A stretch of DNA of 64,000 nt, from contig CBDFKD010000002.1 of NCBI GenBank assembly GCA_965248695.1, forward strand, positions 2,976,001-3,040,000, given 5' to 3'. A model generated the notes under the pieces. It was not told the DNA's origin. It did no database searches and saw only the letters and a program-made list of their open reading frames with translations. The DNA comes from Acidobacteriota bacterium (GTDB lineage Bacteria; Acidobacteriota; UBA890; WLXD01). How positions within the stretch are numbered: position 1 is the first letter of the stretch; each line of letters starts with the position of its first letter. Made by a program: the position numbers and the translations under genes. Shown in pieces: positions 29,987 to 39,086 of the stretch.

Positions 29987-30658
29987 ATGTCAAGACGTTG
30001 GCGAACCAAGCTGATCGGCGCGATAGGGGCCCAGCGCCGGCAGGTTATCGGGCTGGTGCTGATCATTGCGGTGGTTTCGATGGCGGCGTGCGACGCGAGC
30101 GGCAATGTCGCGGGAGGGACTACGCCTGCCACACAGATCCTGTGCGACGCGTTCTTCTTCTTCGCGACCAAAGGGGTGGATGGTGACGGCTGTGACCGCT
30201 TTAACGGGAGGAACACGCACTTGGCCTACGCGGGAATTGTGCGCGCCCGGGCTGGCCAGGCCGCCGTTTTCGCTCACCTTCAGACCCAACATCATGTTGC
30301 GGAGGGGCGTGTAGCGGCACCAAAGGTCCCTGCAATGACTCTCGACATCCCCCTGCGAGTCTTGGCCGAGCCCGGAGTAAGCAGCGCCACTATTACCGTC
30401 GGCGTGAATCTCTTCGACAAGAAATTAGAGCCGCCGAAGAAGCAGTTTAAGTCCATCACAGTGGAGCTACGCGTCAAGGGCAAGATCGTCGGCAAGGGCT
30501 CGGGTAACTTCGACAAGACGCAGGGAAGCGCAAGCGTCGAGTTCGAGGGACTGAAACTCGCCGCCAAGGACGTTGCCGAAGCGACCGTCAAGCTCACCGG
30601 TGGCCAGGTTGTGGACACGACGATTCTGGCGATCGGAGCGGCCGCCGGTGAGGAGTAG
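29987..30658 (+). CDS. Secreted/lipoprotein hypothetical protein
   Basis: Hydrophobic stretch ending MAAC; Lys-rich beta-strand pattern; similar to the next gene. Confidence 0.65.
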   Translation: MSRRWRTKLIGAIGAQRRQVIGLVLIIAVVSMAACDASGNVAGGTTPATQILCDAFFFFATKGVDGDGCDRFNGRNTHLAYAGIVRARAGQAAVFAHLQTQHHVAEGRVAAPKVPAMTLDIPLRVLAEPGVSSATITVGVNLFDKKLEPPKKQFKSITVELRVKGKIVGKGSGNFDKTQGSASVEFEGLKLAAKDVAEATVKLTGGQVVDTTILAIGAAAGEE

Positions 30659-30713
30659 CCCCGCCTCGCGTCGGCCCTCATATTCCACCACCCAGCAAGC
30701 CTCGAGAAAGGAC

Positions 30714-31268
30714 ATGGCACACGATCGCACCCAACTCACGCACGACCGGATCCGACGCGCGGACCTTCGCAGGTTCCGAATGGTCGCCCTCTCCACCGTG
30801 CTCCTGCTGGCCATCGTCGCAACCCTGGGGACGTCCTCTCAGCCGCGAGCGGCAAAAGGTGCGAGCCACGTGGGCAGCACCGCCCTTGACCTAATCGCCG
30901 CCGTTGGGCAAGTGAAGGCCGGAGGAATCGGGAAACAGACGCTCCGGGTCCCACTCGAAATGATCAGCGGCGGGTCCGCCACCTCCACTGCCATTGATGT
31001 AGCCGTTGGAGTGCTGATCCTCGACGAGGAGGGCCAGATAGCCAAGAAGCTGTTCAAATCGATGTCGGTCGAGCTGCGTCGCAACGGGTCCACGGTGGCG
31101 AAACGCAGCGCGAAGCTCACCAAGAAAAACGGCGGCGCCACAATCCAGTTCGACGGTCTGGAAGCGGCATCCGCGGACGAGATCGACGCCGTGGTCACGT
31201 TCAAGGGCGGTGCGGTCAGCGACGCCTTCGTGGTTGTGAATGCAGCCACCAGGTTGGCCACCAGCTAG
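30714..31268 (+). CDS. Secreted hypothetical protein, paralog of the upstream gene
   Basis: AAAGGA RBS; shares KK.FKS..VELR..G and F.GL..A..D...A.V...GG.V.D with 29987..30658. Confidence 0.65.
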   Translation: MAHDRTQLTHDRIRRADLRRFRMVALSTVLLLAIVATLGTSSQPRAAKGASHVGSTALDLIAAVGQVKAGGIGKQTLRVPLEMISGGSATSTAIDVAVGVLILDEEGQIAKKLFKSMSVELRRNGSTVAKRSAKLTKKNGGATIQFDGLEAASADEIDAVVTFKGGAVSDAFVVVNAATRLATS

Positions 31269-31329
31269 CGGACGCCTGGCAGACGGCGATGTGAGCCTGG
31301 ACATGGTGACCCCACCGCACCAGGTCGTC

Positions 31330-31841
31330 GGAAGATCCGACCCCGCACCGAGGTCGCCGCCCAGTGAGACACGGCCGATCACATACAGATAGTAGCTGCC
31401 GCCGACCCTGATGACGGTAGGGTCGGCAAGGCGCACCACCTCATCGAGGCTACCAAGAGTGTCGCGCACAGTGCTCAACAGATTCAATCCGGCAATCCGG
31501 GCCGCGGCGTAGCCGTCTTCCACGGTCAAGTCGGCGCCGACCTTGCCGGATCTGGGCGATCCATCGGGATACCGCGGCGTATGACCGGCGGTGAACAGGA
31601 TGTTTCCGGTGCGCACCGCCGTTACGTACACCGCCACGGGTCGCGGCGCGGCCGGCAGCTCGATGCCGAGCTCGCGCAGCCGCTGCTCCGGAGTTGACGC
31701 CTGCAGCACTGGGACTCGCGCCGCGGGGGCCGCACCTGCGGCGGTAGTGCCACCGCTGGCCATCGCCACGAGCGTGCCTCCAGCCGCACCGGCGAAGCAC
31801 CGAGTGTGAAGAAAGCTCCGGCGGGTTTCGCTCGTCGACAT
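31330..31841 (-). pseudogene. Truncated Tat-signal RidA-family gene joined to an unrelated (GH43-like) fragment
   Basis: TRRSFL Tat motif; RLRELGIELP..P.PVA.YV, GKVGADL.VE.GY.AAR..GLN.L...LGSLD.V.R, then an abrupt switch to ADPTVIRVGGSYYLY. Confidence 0.65.
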
Positions 31842-32074
31842 GTGTGGATATCTCCGTTTCCTGGCGGGCCTGGGACCGTTGATGGCCGCGAGTCGTTCGA
31901 GAAAACGGCCCTCGCAGGCCGACCTTGGTGCCTTCATTGATCGCATGCTAGCAATGGCCCCCTGCATCGGCTACGTTCGGCGACCTTCGTCCTTGACGCG
32001 TCGAGCCCGGCCGAATACCTTCGGATGTAGATATTCATTTGTAGAGTATTCCACTCGTTCCCCGAGCGGACGCG

Positions 32075-32410
32075 ATGCCCGGCAGGTTTCTCGCTGAATT
32101 CGAGCTGTACGTAATGCTGGCGATCGCCCGGCTGAACGACGGCGCATACGGCGCCGCCATCCGCAGCGAAATCGAGGAGCGTACTGGCCGGCCAGTATCG
32201 ATCGGGGCGCTGTACGCTACGCTCAGCCGGTTGGGCAGCAAGCGGCTGCTCGAGTTCGAGGAGACGGAGCAACCAGGGCAGCGCGGCCGGCCGCGCAAGT
32301 ACTGCCGCATCACTGCAGAGGGTCAGCAATCGCTCGAGCACTCTACGGCGATGTTGAGACGGATGATGGATGGTGTCGCCGCCGACCGGACCGGCGGGAG
32401 CTCCCGATGA
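32075..32410 (+). CDS. PadR-family transcriptional regulator (acidobacterial type)
   Basis: LAEFE..VMLA, AYG..I..EI, SIGALYATL.RL, GRPRKY..IT.EG. Confidence 0.9.
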   Translation: MPGRFLAEFELYVMLAIARLNDGAYGAAIRSEIEERTGRPVSIGALYATLSRLGSKRLLEFEETEQPGQRGRPRKYCRITAEGQQSLEHSTAMLRRMMDGVAADRTGGSSR

Positions 32411-35133
32411 GCGAACCGGCTCCCCCCAAGCGTGCCCGGCGCCTGTTGGAGCTAGCGATCCACCCCGAGGATCGACGTTTCGCCCTGGCCGATCTGGAGG
32501 AGGAGTTCGAGCGGCGGACCAAGCGGCGCGGCGTCGAGGCGGCGCGAAAGTGGTATCGAACCCAGGCTGCACGCTCATTGGCCCCGCTACTGGTTAGCCG
32601 ATTCGTTCGCCTACGGCGGGGGCTGGCCGCCGAGCTGGTAACCAACCTCGGCGCCGCCGTGCGCTCGCTCGCCGCCTCGCCGATGATCGCGCTGGCGACC
32701 ATTTTGTCGCTGGCGGTCGGCATCGCCGCTGCGACCTCGGTATTCACCGCCACCAACGCCTTCCTGCTCCGGCCGGCAAGCGCCAGCATCCTGGAACCGG
32801 AACGGCTGGTATCGATCTACACAGCGAAGCAGGACGGTAGCTCGTACCGGCAGACTTCCTTTCCGGATTTCGAGGACATCCGGCTTCAGGTGAATGCGTT
32901 CAGCGATTTGGCCGCGGTCCGTATGGCCGTGCTGCGAGTGTCCGAGGGATCTCGCCGGCGGAGTATCGCCGCCGAGATCGTCACCGGCAACTACTTCGAT
33001 CTGCTCGGGATCACGCCGAAGGTCGGCCGCTTCTTCCAGGCCGAAGAGAGCCAGATCGGCAGCGCCGAGCGACTCGTCGTGATCAGTCACCGCATGTGGC
33101 AGACGCGTTTCGGCGGCAGTGACGACGTCGTCGGAGCAACGCTCGACCTCGACGGGATTCCGTTTACGGTAGTCGGGATCGCACCGGCCGACCTCACCGG
33201 CCGCATCCCGGCGCTCAAGATCGACGCCTGGGTGCCGCTCGGCATCCCCGGGGGCATGTACCACTCCGACGAACGCGAGCTTGCCGACCGTAGCGATCGC
33301 GAGCACATGGTGATTGGACGACTGCGCCAGGGCATGAGCGTCGAGCAAGCCGGCGCGCAGCTGGAGCTTCTCAGCACTAGACTGCACGCGAGGTACCCGC
33401 AGGATTGGGAGGACGAAGGCGCCCGGCCGCTGTCACTGACCCTGCTAGCCGGTCGCAACTCGCACATCCCGCCAGATTTCCTCAAGGCGGCGGCAGGGTT
33501 CAGCGGCCTGGTCATGGCCGCGGCGGCGCTGATCCTACTGGTCGCGTGCTTCAACGTGGCGAGCTTGTTCCTCGCCCGTGCCGGTCGGCGCGCGCCCGAA
33601 ATGGCCATCTGGCTGGCGCTCGGTGCGAGCCGACGGCGGCTGGTGATGATGCTGCTGACCGAGAGCGTGACCCTGGCACTATTCGCTTGTGCGCTCGGGG
33701 TCTTCCTGTCAGCTCGCGCGATGGGGCTGATGGACTCGGTTTCGCTGCCAATCGGCGATCTGTCGATGGAGTTCGACTTCAGCATCGACTATCGGGTCCT
33801 CGGGTTTGCCCTGCTTGTGTCGATCGCCACCAGCGTCGTGTTCGGCCTGGCTCCGGCGCTAGAAGCCTCCAAGCCGAGCCTGCTGCCGTCGCTGAAAGGA
33901 GACACGCTTCAAGCGCGTCGACGTCATCGGCCACTGGGACTGCGCAACCTGCTCGTGGTTGGCCAAGTGGCGACGGCGTTGATCTTCGTTGTCGGCGCCG
34001 GAGTTACGCTCAGCAGCTTCGACGCGCTGATCGACGCAGACTGGGGAGTGCAGCCCGACCGCATCGCGTTGCTCTCCAAGAACCTCCGCAAGGACATCCC
34101 TCCGGACGCCTTCGTCTCACACTACCGAGATCTGCTGGCGCGTTTCCGAGCCCACCCGGAGGTCGAAGACGCTCAGCTGGCTAGGGTGGTCGAAGGGGGA
34201 ATCTTCGCGGCGGCCAACACCGTGGAGATCCGGGTGGCAGGTTACGAGCGCGCCAGCGACGAATCACTCACGGTGCCGTTCAATGCCGTTGCGCCCGGGT
34301 ACATGGAAATGGTCGCGATTCGTCTGATCAGGGGGCGTACAATCGGTGAGCTTGACGACGCTGGGTCGGTTCACGCCGCCGTCGTCACCGAGGCCTTCGT
34401 GCGGCGCTTCTGGGGCGAACGCGACGGCCTCGGAGAGCAATTCAGCGTCGTTGCAACTCATGAAATGGGCGACCCGCAACGCAGCCCGGTCACTACCCAC
34501 GAGATCGTCGGCGTTGCTGTTGACGCTCGCTATCAGGGCTTCGAGGGCGCCGACGACCTGTACATCTGGTCAGCGCTCTATCAACAGCCGTCTCGCCGGA
34601 CGATGCTCCTGCTGCAGGGCCGCAGCAGCGCCGAATCGATGGTCCGGCTGCTGGCCGAAGAGATCGACCCGAACGACGGGGAGTTCGCCCTGGTGTCGCC
34701 GCGGACCTACGCCGAGCTGATCAGTTTCCAGTTCGGGTTCCTGAACGCCACCGCCAAGGTCCTCGGCTGGGCCGGCGCGTTCGGTCTGGCGCTCGCCGCG
34801 ATCGGCATTTACGGCATGGTCAGCTTCGCGGTGACGCGCCGCAACAAGGAGCTCGCGGTACGCCAAGCGGTCGGAGCCCTCCCGGGTCAGGTCATGCAAG
34901 CCGTGCTCAGAGAAGGGCTGCAGCTGTCGGTTTGGGGTCTCGCCGTGGGCCTGGTCGTGATCGTTCCGCTGACGGCACTGCTGCGGGCGGACTTGGCAGG
35001 GATCAGCCCGGTCGACCCAGCCTCCACCGCCTTCGGCGCAGCCGTTCTCATGGCCGTCGCCCTGATCGCAAGCCTGATCCCGGCCCGACGAGTCACCCGC
35101 CTCGACCCGGTCGCCACGCTTCGCGAAGATTAG
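32407..35133 (+). CDS. ADOP-type duplicated MacB/FtsX ABC permease
   Basis: Two MacB/FtsX halves: LAVGIAA.T.VF, ACFNVA.L.LAR, GIYG.VSF.V.RR.KE.AVR.A.GA, PARR...DP...LR; paired with PadR, no ATPase gene nearby. Confidence 0.9.
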   Translation: MSEPAPPKRARRLLELAIHPEDRRFALADLEEEFERRTKRRGVEAARKWYRTQAARSLAPLLVSRFVRLRRGLAAELVTNLGAAVRSLAASPMIALATILSLAVGIAAATSVFTATNAFLLRPASASILEPERLVSIYTAKQDGSSYRQTSFPDFEDIRLQVNAFSDLAAVRMAVLRVSEGSRRRSIAAEIVTGNYFDLLGITPKVGRFFQAEESQIGSAERLVVISHRMWQTRFGGSDDVVGATLDLDGIPFTVVGIAPADLTGRIPALKIDAWVPLGIPGGMYHSDERELADRSDREHMVIGRLRQGMSVEQAGAQLELLSTRLHARYPQDWEDEGARPLSLTLLAGRNSHIPPDFLKAAAGFSGLVMAAAALILLVACFNVASLFLARAGRRAPEMAIWLALGASRRRLVMMLLTESVTLALFACALGVFLSARAMGLMDSVSLPIGDLSMEFDFSIDYRVLGFALLVSIATSVVFGLAPALEASKPSLLPSLKGDTLQARRRHRPLGLRNLLVVGQVATALIFVVGAGVTLSSFDALIDADWGVQPDRIALLSKNLRKDIPPDAFVSHYRDLLARFRAHPEVEDAQLARVVEGGIFAAANTVEIRVAGYERASDESLTVPFNAVAPGYMEMVAIRLIRGRTIGELDDAGSVHAAVVTEAFVRRFWGERDGLGEQFSVVATHEMGDPQRSPVTTHEIVGVAVDARYQGFEGADDLYIWSALYQQPSRRTMLLLQGRSSAESMVRLLAEEIDPNDGEFALVSPRTYAELISFQFGFLNATAKVLGWAGAFGLALAAIGIYGMVSFAVTRRNKELAVRQAVGALPGQVMQAVLREGLQLSVWGLAVGLVVIVPLTALLRADLAGISPVDPASTAFGAAVLMAVALIASLIPARRVTRLDPVATLRED

Positions 35134-35256
35134 TGGCCCAGCCCCCGTAAAGGCTGACGAGCGCAAGTACCGGCCCGAGTATTGACGCTCCGAAACCATG
35201 TGCGAACATGGCGCCCACCGATCTGGTCTTCCGAAACCAAATGCAGGTGAACGCTC

Positions 35257-35628
35257 ATGACAATGGACGCCGCGACCGAGTTCGCTGATCTCGCAGCTGC
35301 TGACCCGAACATCCAGGCTCAACTAGACGCGGTGTCCTCGACGGACGCCGGAGAGCGCGTCGACGCGCTCGTCGGCGTCGGCGCGCAGGCGGGCTACGAC
35401 TTCACTTCCGAGGACTACTACAACTCGGGCTCAATACGCGCCGCGGAGGTGAATGAGGCCTGGCCGGTCGAGACGGCGCAACAGGCGGCGCCGGTGGCGT
35501 CGCCGTTGCAGCCTTACGCGCAGTATGGCTCCCCGTACAGCGCCTTCCCGCCCATACCGCCACCGATGCCGACATATTTGCCGCCGCCGCCCTACATACC
35601 ACACAAGGAACCTGGCGAAGGGGCGTAG
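35257..35628 (+). CDS. Nif11-like leader peptide protein with Pro/Tyr-rich C-terminus
   Basis: F..AAADPNIQAQL...LV..GAQAGYDFTSED matches the Nif11 leader pattern. Confidence 0.65.
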   Translation: MTMDAATEFADLAAADPNIQAQLDAVSSTDAGERVDALVGVGAQAGYDFTSEDYYNSGSIRAAEVNEAWPVETAQQAAPVASPLQPYAQYGSPYSAFPPIPPPMPTYLPPPPYIPHKEPGEGA

Positions 35629-35691
35629 ACGCCCTGCCGACACGCAATTCACCGCCCTCTACCGTGTGGCGACCTCCGGCGCGGTACCACC

Positions 35692-36864
35692 TTAACGATC
35701 GGGCAGGTTCAGCGGCCGGTAGTAAGGCTGGTCGCCGAGCTCCTCGAACTTCGCCACCCAGTTGGCACCCGCGTCGTCCGGGGTAAACGACCAGTCCTGG
35801 CGGTGATAGTTCCAACTGTTGGGATTCAAGGTCTGGGCCACCTCCCAGTAGGAATTCGCGAGCTCGGCGTCGCCGGCGAGATGGAAATGCGCCGCGAGTC
35901 GGAAATTGGCGTCGGCAAGGGCCTCGTCGGACGTTCGGGCGCGAATGTCGGGGGCAAGCTCGTCGGGGCCCAGCGCGTAGACGCTCGCGCTGCCGTTCTC
36001 GACCCAGTCGCGAACCGCCGGCAGGTAATCGTCGGTGCCGAACGAGAGATCTCCGAAGGCGTACTCGCGCGTGTAGGCGCCCTCGTCATGGCGCACGATA
36101 ACGCCCTGCTCGTCGATCAGCACCGCTGTCGGCACGTTGACCATGTTGTACAGGGCGCTGACCGTGTGGCGTGGGTCGATGAGGGCCGTGAACTTCGCGT
36201 CGGCAGCATCGTAGAACTCACCCGCCGCGGCCTCGCCACCGGTGTCCTGGGCGACAGCCACGATCTCGAGGTTCTGGTCCGCGAGCTCCTCGTAGAGAGC
36301 CTGCCAACCTGGCAGGTCGAGGCGGCAGCCTCACCACGAGGCCCACGTGAGCAGCAGCACTTTCTTGCCGCGAAAGTCCGAGAGACGTACAACGTCGCCG
36401 TTCCGATCCGGGAGCGCGAAATCGGGCGCCAGTGCGTGGTCAACGAGGTCCGCTTGCAGGATCGGGATCTCGCTGAAGCTCCAGGTGTGGTGAGCACGAT
36501 CCACGACATAGGCTTGGTGGAGCTTGCGCGCAAAGGCGGTGAGGCTGAACCACCGCTGCCCGTCGCGGGTGACAACGATATCGCTGTCGTCGGTCTGGTT
36601 GACGGGGATGCAGAGTGTGTCGAGACAAGCGCCCTCGGGCTTGAGCTCGAAGCCGTTGACCCGAGTCAGATCCGCTGGCGTCACCCAGAGATCGGACGGA
36701 TCCGCGAGCGTCTGCTCGACGGTCACCACGTGACCGGCGTGGAGGACGGTGGTCGGCACCTGCTCGGTGGTTGCGCATGCCGGGGTCATGGCTGTCGCTC
36801 CGACCAATAGAGTGGCCGGCATCAGGTGTGATCGCATCGTGCGCATCCCTTGCTGTCGGGTCAT
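35692..36864 (-). CDS. TlpA/AhpC-like redoxin selenoprotein with UGC motif (start may be 36837)
   Basis: ORFs 36331..36864 and 35692..36261 share a frame; APDFALPD..G...LSDFRGKKVLLLTWASW-U(TGA 36333-36331)-GCRLDLPGWQ. Confidence 0.88.
36300..36316 (-). promoter_or_regulatory. Putative bacterial SECIS hairpin
   Basis: CCTGCCA-GGT-TGGCAGG, loop 21 nt after the UGA. Confidence 0.7.
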
Positions 36865-36952
36865 CGTTTGTCGGCCTGCTGCACAGATTGCAGAGGTTAG
36901 TTAGGATTCCCTCCCCCGTCTACTCATCGTGATCCGGCCACCTGCCTTACCC

Positions 36953-38038
36953 ATGCCTCCTCCGGTTCGAATCGCACTATTCGGCAACTCGCACGCCGAG
37001 GGCATCCAGCTTCCGGCGCTGGCCCATATCGGGGGCAACGAGGTCGTCGGAATCGCCGGTCACAATGCCGACAAAGCAGCGTCGACGGCGGCGCGCTGGG
37101 GAATCGAGCGCTCGACATCGGATTGGCGCGAGCTTCTCGAGCTCGAACCGGACCTGGTGCTGGTCAGCACGCCGGTAGATCTGCACGCGGAGATGGTCCG
37201 CGGCGCTCTCGGCACGGGTGCCGCGGTGCTGTGTGAGAAGCCGTTCACCCTCGACGTACGGCAAGCCGAAGAGCTCACCGAGCTCGCCGCCGGCAGGCTT
37301 GCACTGATCAACTACCAGCTGCGCTGGAATCCTGTCCGCCGCCAGATCCGTTCGCTCTGCCAGGACGGCTCGGTAGGCCAGGTGCAGCATGTCCGGGCCG
37401 ACCTGATGCTGAGCACTACGGGCTTCGAGCATCGGCCGTACACCTGGTGGTCGCAGTCAGACCGGGGCGGAGGCGTGCTCGGAGCCACCGGAACCCACGT
37501 GGTCGACGGTATTCTGTCGATGTTCGGGCCGATTGAGTCTGTCAGCGCCCGGCTCGAGACCTTCGTCAAGCAACGAAAAGACGCCACCGGCGTCGAGCAC
37601 GAGGTCAGCTCAGACGATTATGCGGAGCTATGGTTGCGCCTCGACAGCGGCGTCCGGGTGAGCATTACCGTGAGCCTGGCTCTACCCGGAGCGGCCCGCT
37701 GGCTGCTGGAGATTTCGGGAACCGAAGGCGCTCTCAGGCTCGATCGCGAACAGCGCTTGAGCGGTGGGCCGAACGGGGCCGATCCTGCCCCGATCGACTG
37801 CGACACCAGCTGGATGCCACCGGAGCAATACGGCATCCAAGGTCGAGGTCCGTTCGCTGCCCTCGAGGTGCCATTCCTGGCGGACGTCGTGGCGGCCGTC
37901 GCCGACGGTCGGACCGAGCTCGAGGAGGCCGCGACGTTCGCTGACGGCCTCGCAAACGTACGCATCCTCGAGGCGGCGCGGCAGTCGGCCGGCAATGGCG
38001 GGGCGTGGGTGCGCGTGCGCAGGTGCGCCAAAGCGTAA
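36953..38038 (+). CDS. Gfo/Idh/MocA family oxidoreductase
   Basis: STP..LH, VLCEKP, GGG.LG..G.H..D. Confidence 0.9.
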   Translation: MPPPVRIALFGNSHAEGIQLPALAHIGGNEVVGIAGHNADKAASTAARWGIERSTSDWRELLELEPDLVLVSTPVDLHAEMVRGALGTGAAVLCEKPFTLDVRQAEELTELAAGRLALINYQLRWNPVRRQIRSLCQDGSVGQVQHVRADLMLSTTGFEHRPYTWWSQSDRGGGVLGATGTHVVDGILSMFGPIESVSARLETFVKQRKDATGVEHEVSSDDYAELWLRLDSGVRVSITVSLALPGAARWLLEISGTEGALRLDREQRLSGGPNGADPAPIDCDTSWMPPEQYGIQGRGPFAALEVPFLADVVAAVADGRTELEEAATFADGLANVRILEAARQSAGNGGAWVRVRRCAKA

Positions 38039-38083
38039 TTCACCGGCACGGCGATAAGCGATCGCGTTGGTGCCGGGCCACGC

Positions 38084-39019
38084 CTACGAGCTCGCCACCG
38101 GCTCCTGCGCCAAGGCCAGCGGTCGTGGTCGAGTCGCTGCGCTTTGGCGCACGATCTGCAACACGCGCTCGCGCTCCTCGCCGATCAACAGCATACGCGG
38201 CGCCCGCACCGTTTCCGTGCCGTAGCCCATCTCGGCGCAGGTGAGCTTGATGTACTGCACCAGCTTCGGATGACTGTCGAAGTGCAGCATCGGCATGTAC
38301 CAGCGGTAGATGTCCAGCGCACGCTGCCAGTCGCCCGCCATCGCCGCGTCCCAGAGCATGCGGTTCTCCTGCGGGAAGGCATCCACGAGGCCTGAGATCC
38401 AGCCAGTACAGCCAAGCAGGATGCTCTCGAGCGCGACATCATCGAGGCCGGAGAAGATCAGGTAGCGATCACCGAGCACGTTGAACAGGTCGGTGACTCG
38501 CCGCGGGTCACCGGAGGCCTCCTTGATGCAGACGATATTTTCGACATCGGCCAGCTCCTGGAACATCTCGGGCGTGATGTCGACCCGGTACACGGGCGGA
38601 TTATTGTAGCACATGATCGGCAAGCTCATTGAGGCTGCCACGGTGCGATAGTGGTTCACCGTCTCACGCGCGTCGGAGTTGTAAACCATGGCGGGCATGA
38701 GCATGAGCCCGTCCATGCCGGCCGCCTCGGCCGCCTGCGCAGTCGCGCACGCGCCCTGAGTGGTGAACTCGGCAACCCCGTTGAGGATCGGCACGCGGTC
38801 GCCGGCGACCTCCTTGGTCGCCGTCAGCACCTCGACCTTCTCGTCGAGCGACAGCGAGCAGTTCTCGCCGATGGTGCCCAGCATGATCAGCCCGTGGATG
38901 CCGTCGTCGAGCAGAGCTTCCACGTGTTCCTGGGTGGCCCGGAGGTTGAGCGAAAAATCGTCATGGAATTGCGTGGGAACGGCAGGGAACACCCCGTTCC
39001 AATCAACCTTGTGTGCCAT
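38084..39019 (-). CDS. DapA-like lyase, resembling pyrroline-4-hydroxy-2-carboxylate deaminase (LhpC type)
   Basis: W.GVFPA.PTQF, GTIGEN, YNNP, IKEASGD, GWISGL..AFP.E, KLVQYIKL. Confidence 0.8.
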   Translation of the reverse strand: MAHKVDWNGVFPAVPTQFHDDFSLNLRATQEHVEALLDDGIHGLIMLGTIGENCSLSLDEKVEVLTATKEVAGDRVPILNGVAEFTTQGACATAQAAEAAGMDGLMLMPAMVYNSDARETVNHYRTVAASMSLPIMCYNNPPVYRVDITPEMFQELADVENIVCIKEASGDPRRVTDLFNVLGDRYLIFSGLDDVALESILLGCTGWISGLVDAFPQENRMLWDAAMAGDWQRALDIYRWYMPMLHFDSHPKLVQYIKLTCAEMGYGTETVRAPRMLLIGEERERVLQIVRQSAATRPRPLALAQEPVASS

Positions 39020-39086
39020 AGGGTGTTTCTCCGGCGTAAACGGACTCCAGGCGTCGCTTGAACTCGGACCTAGGGTAGCGGAAGCG

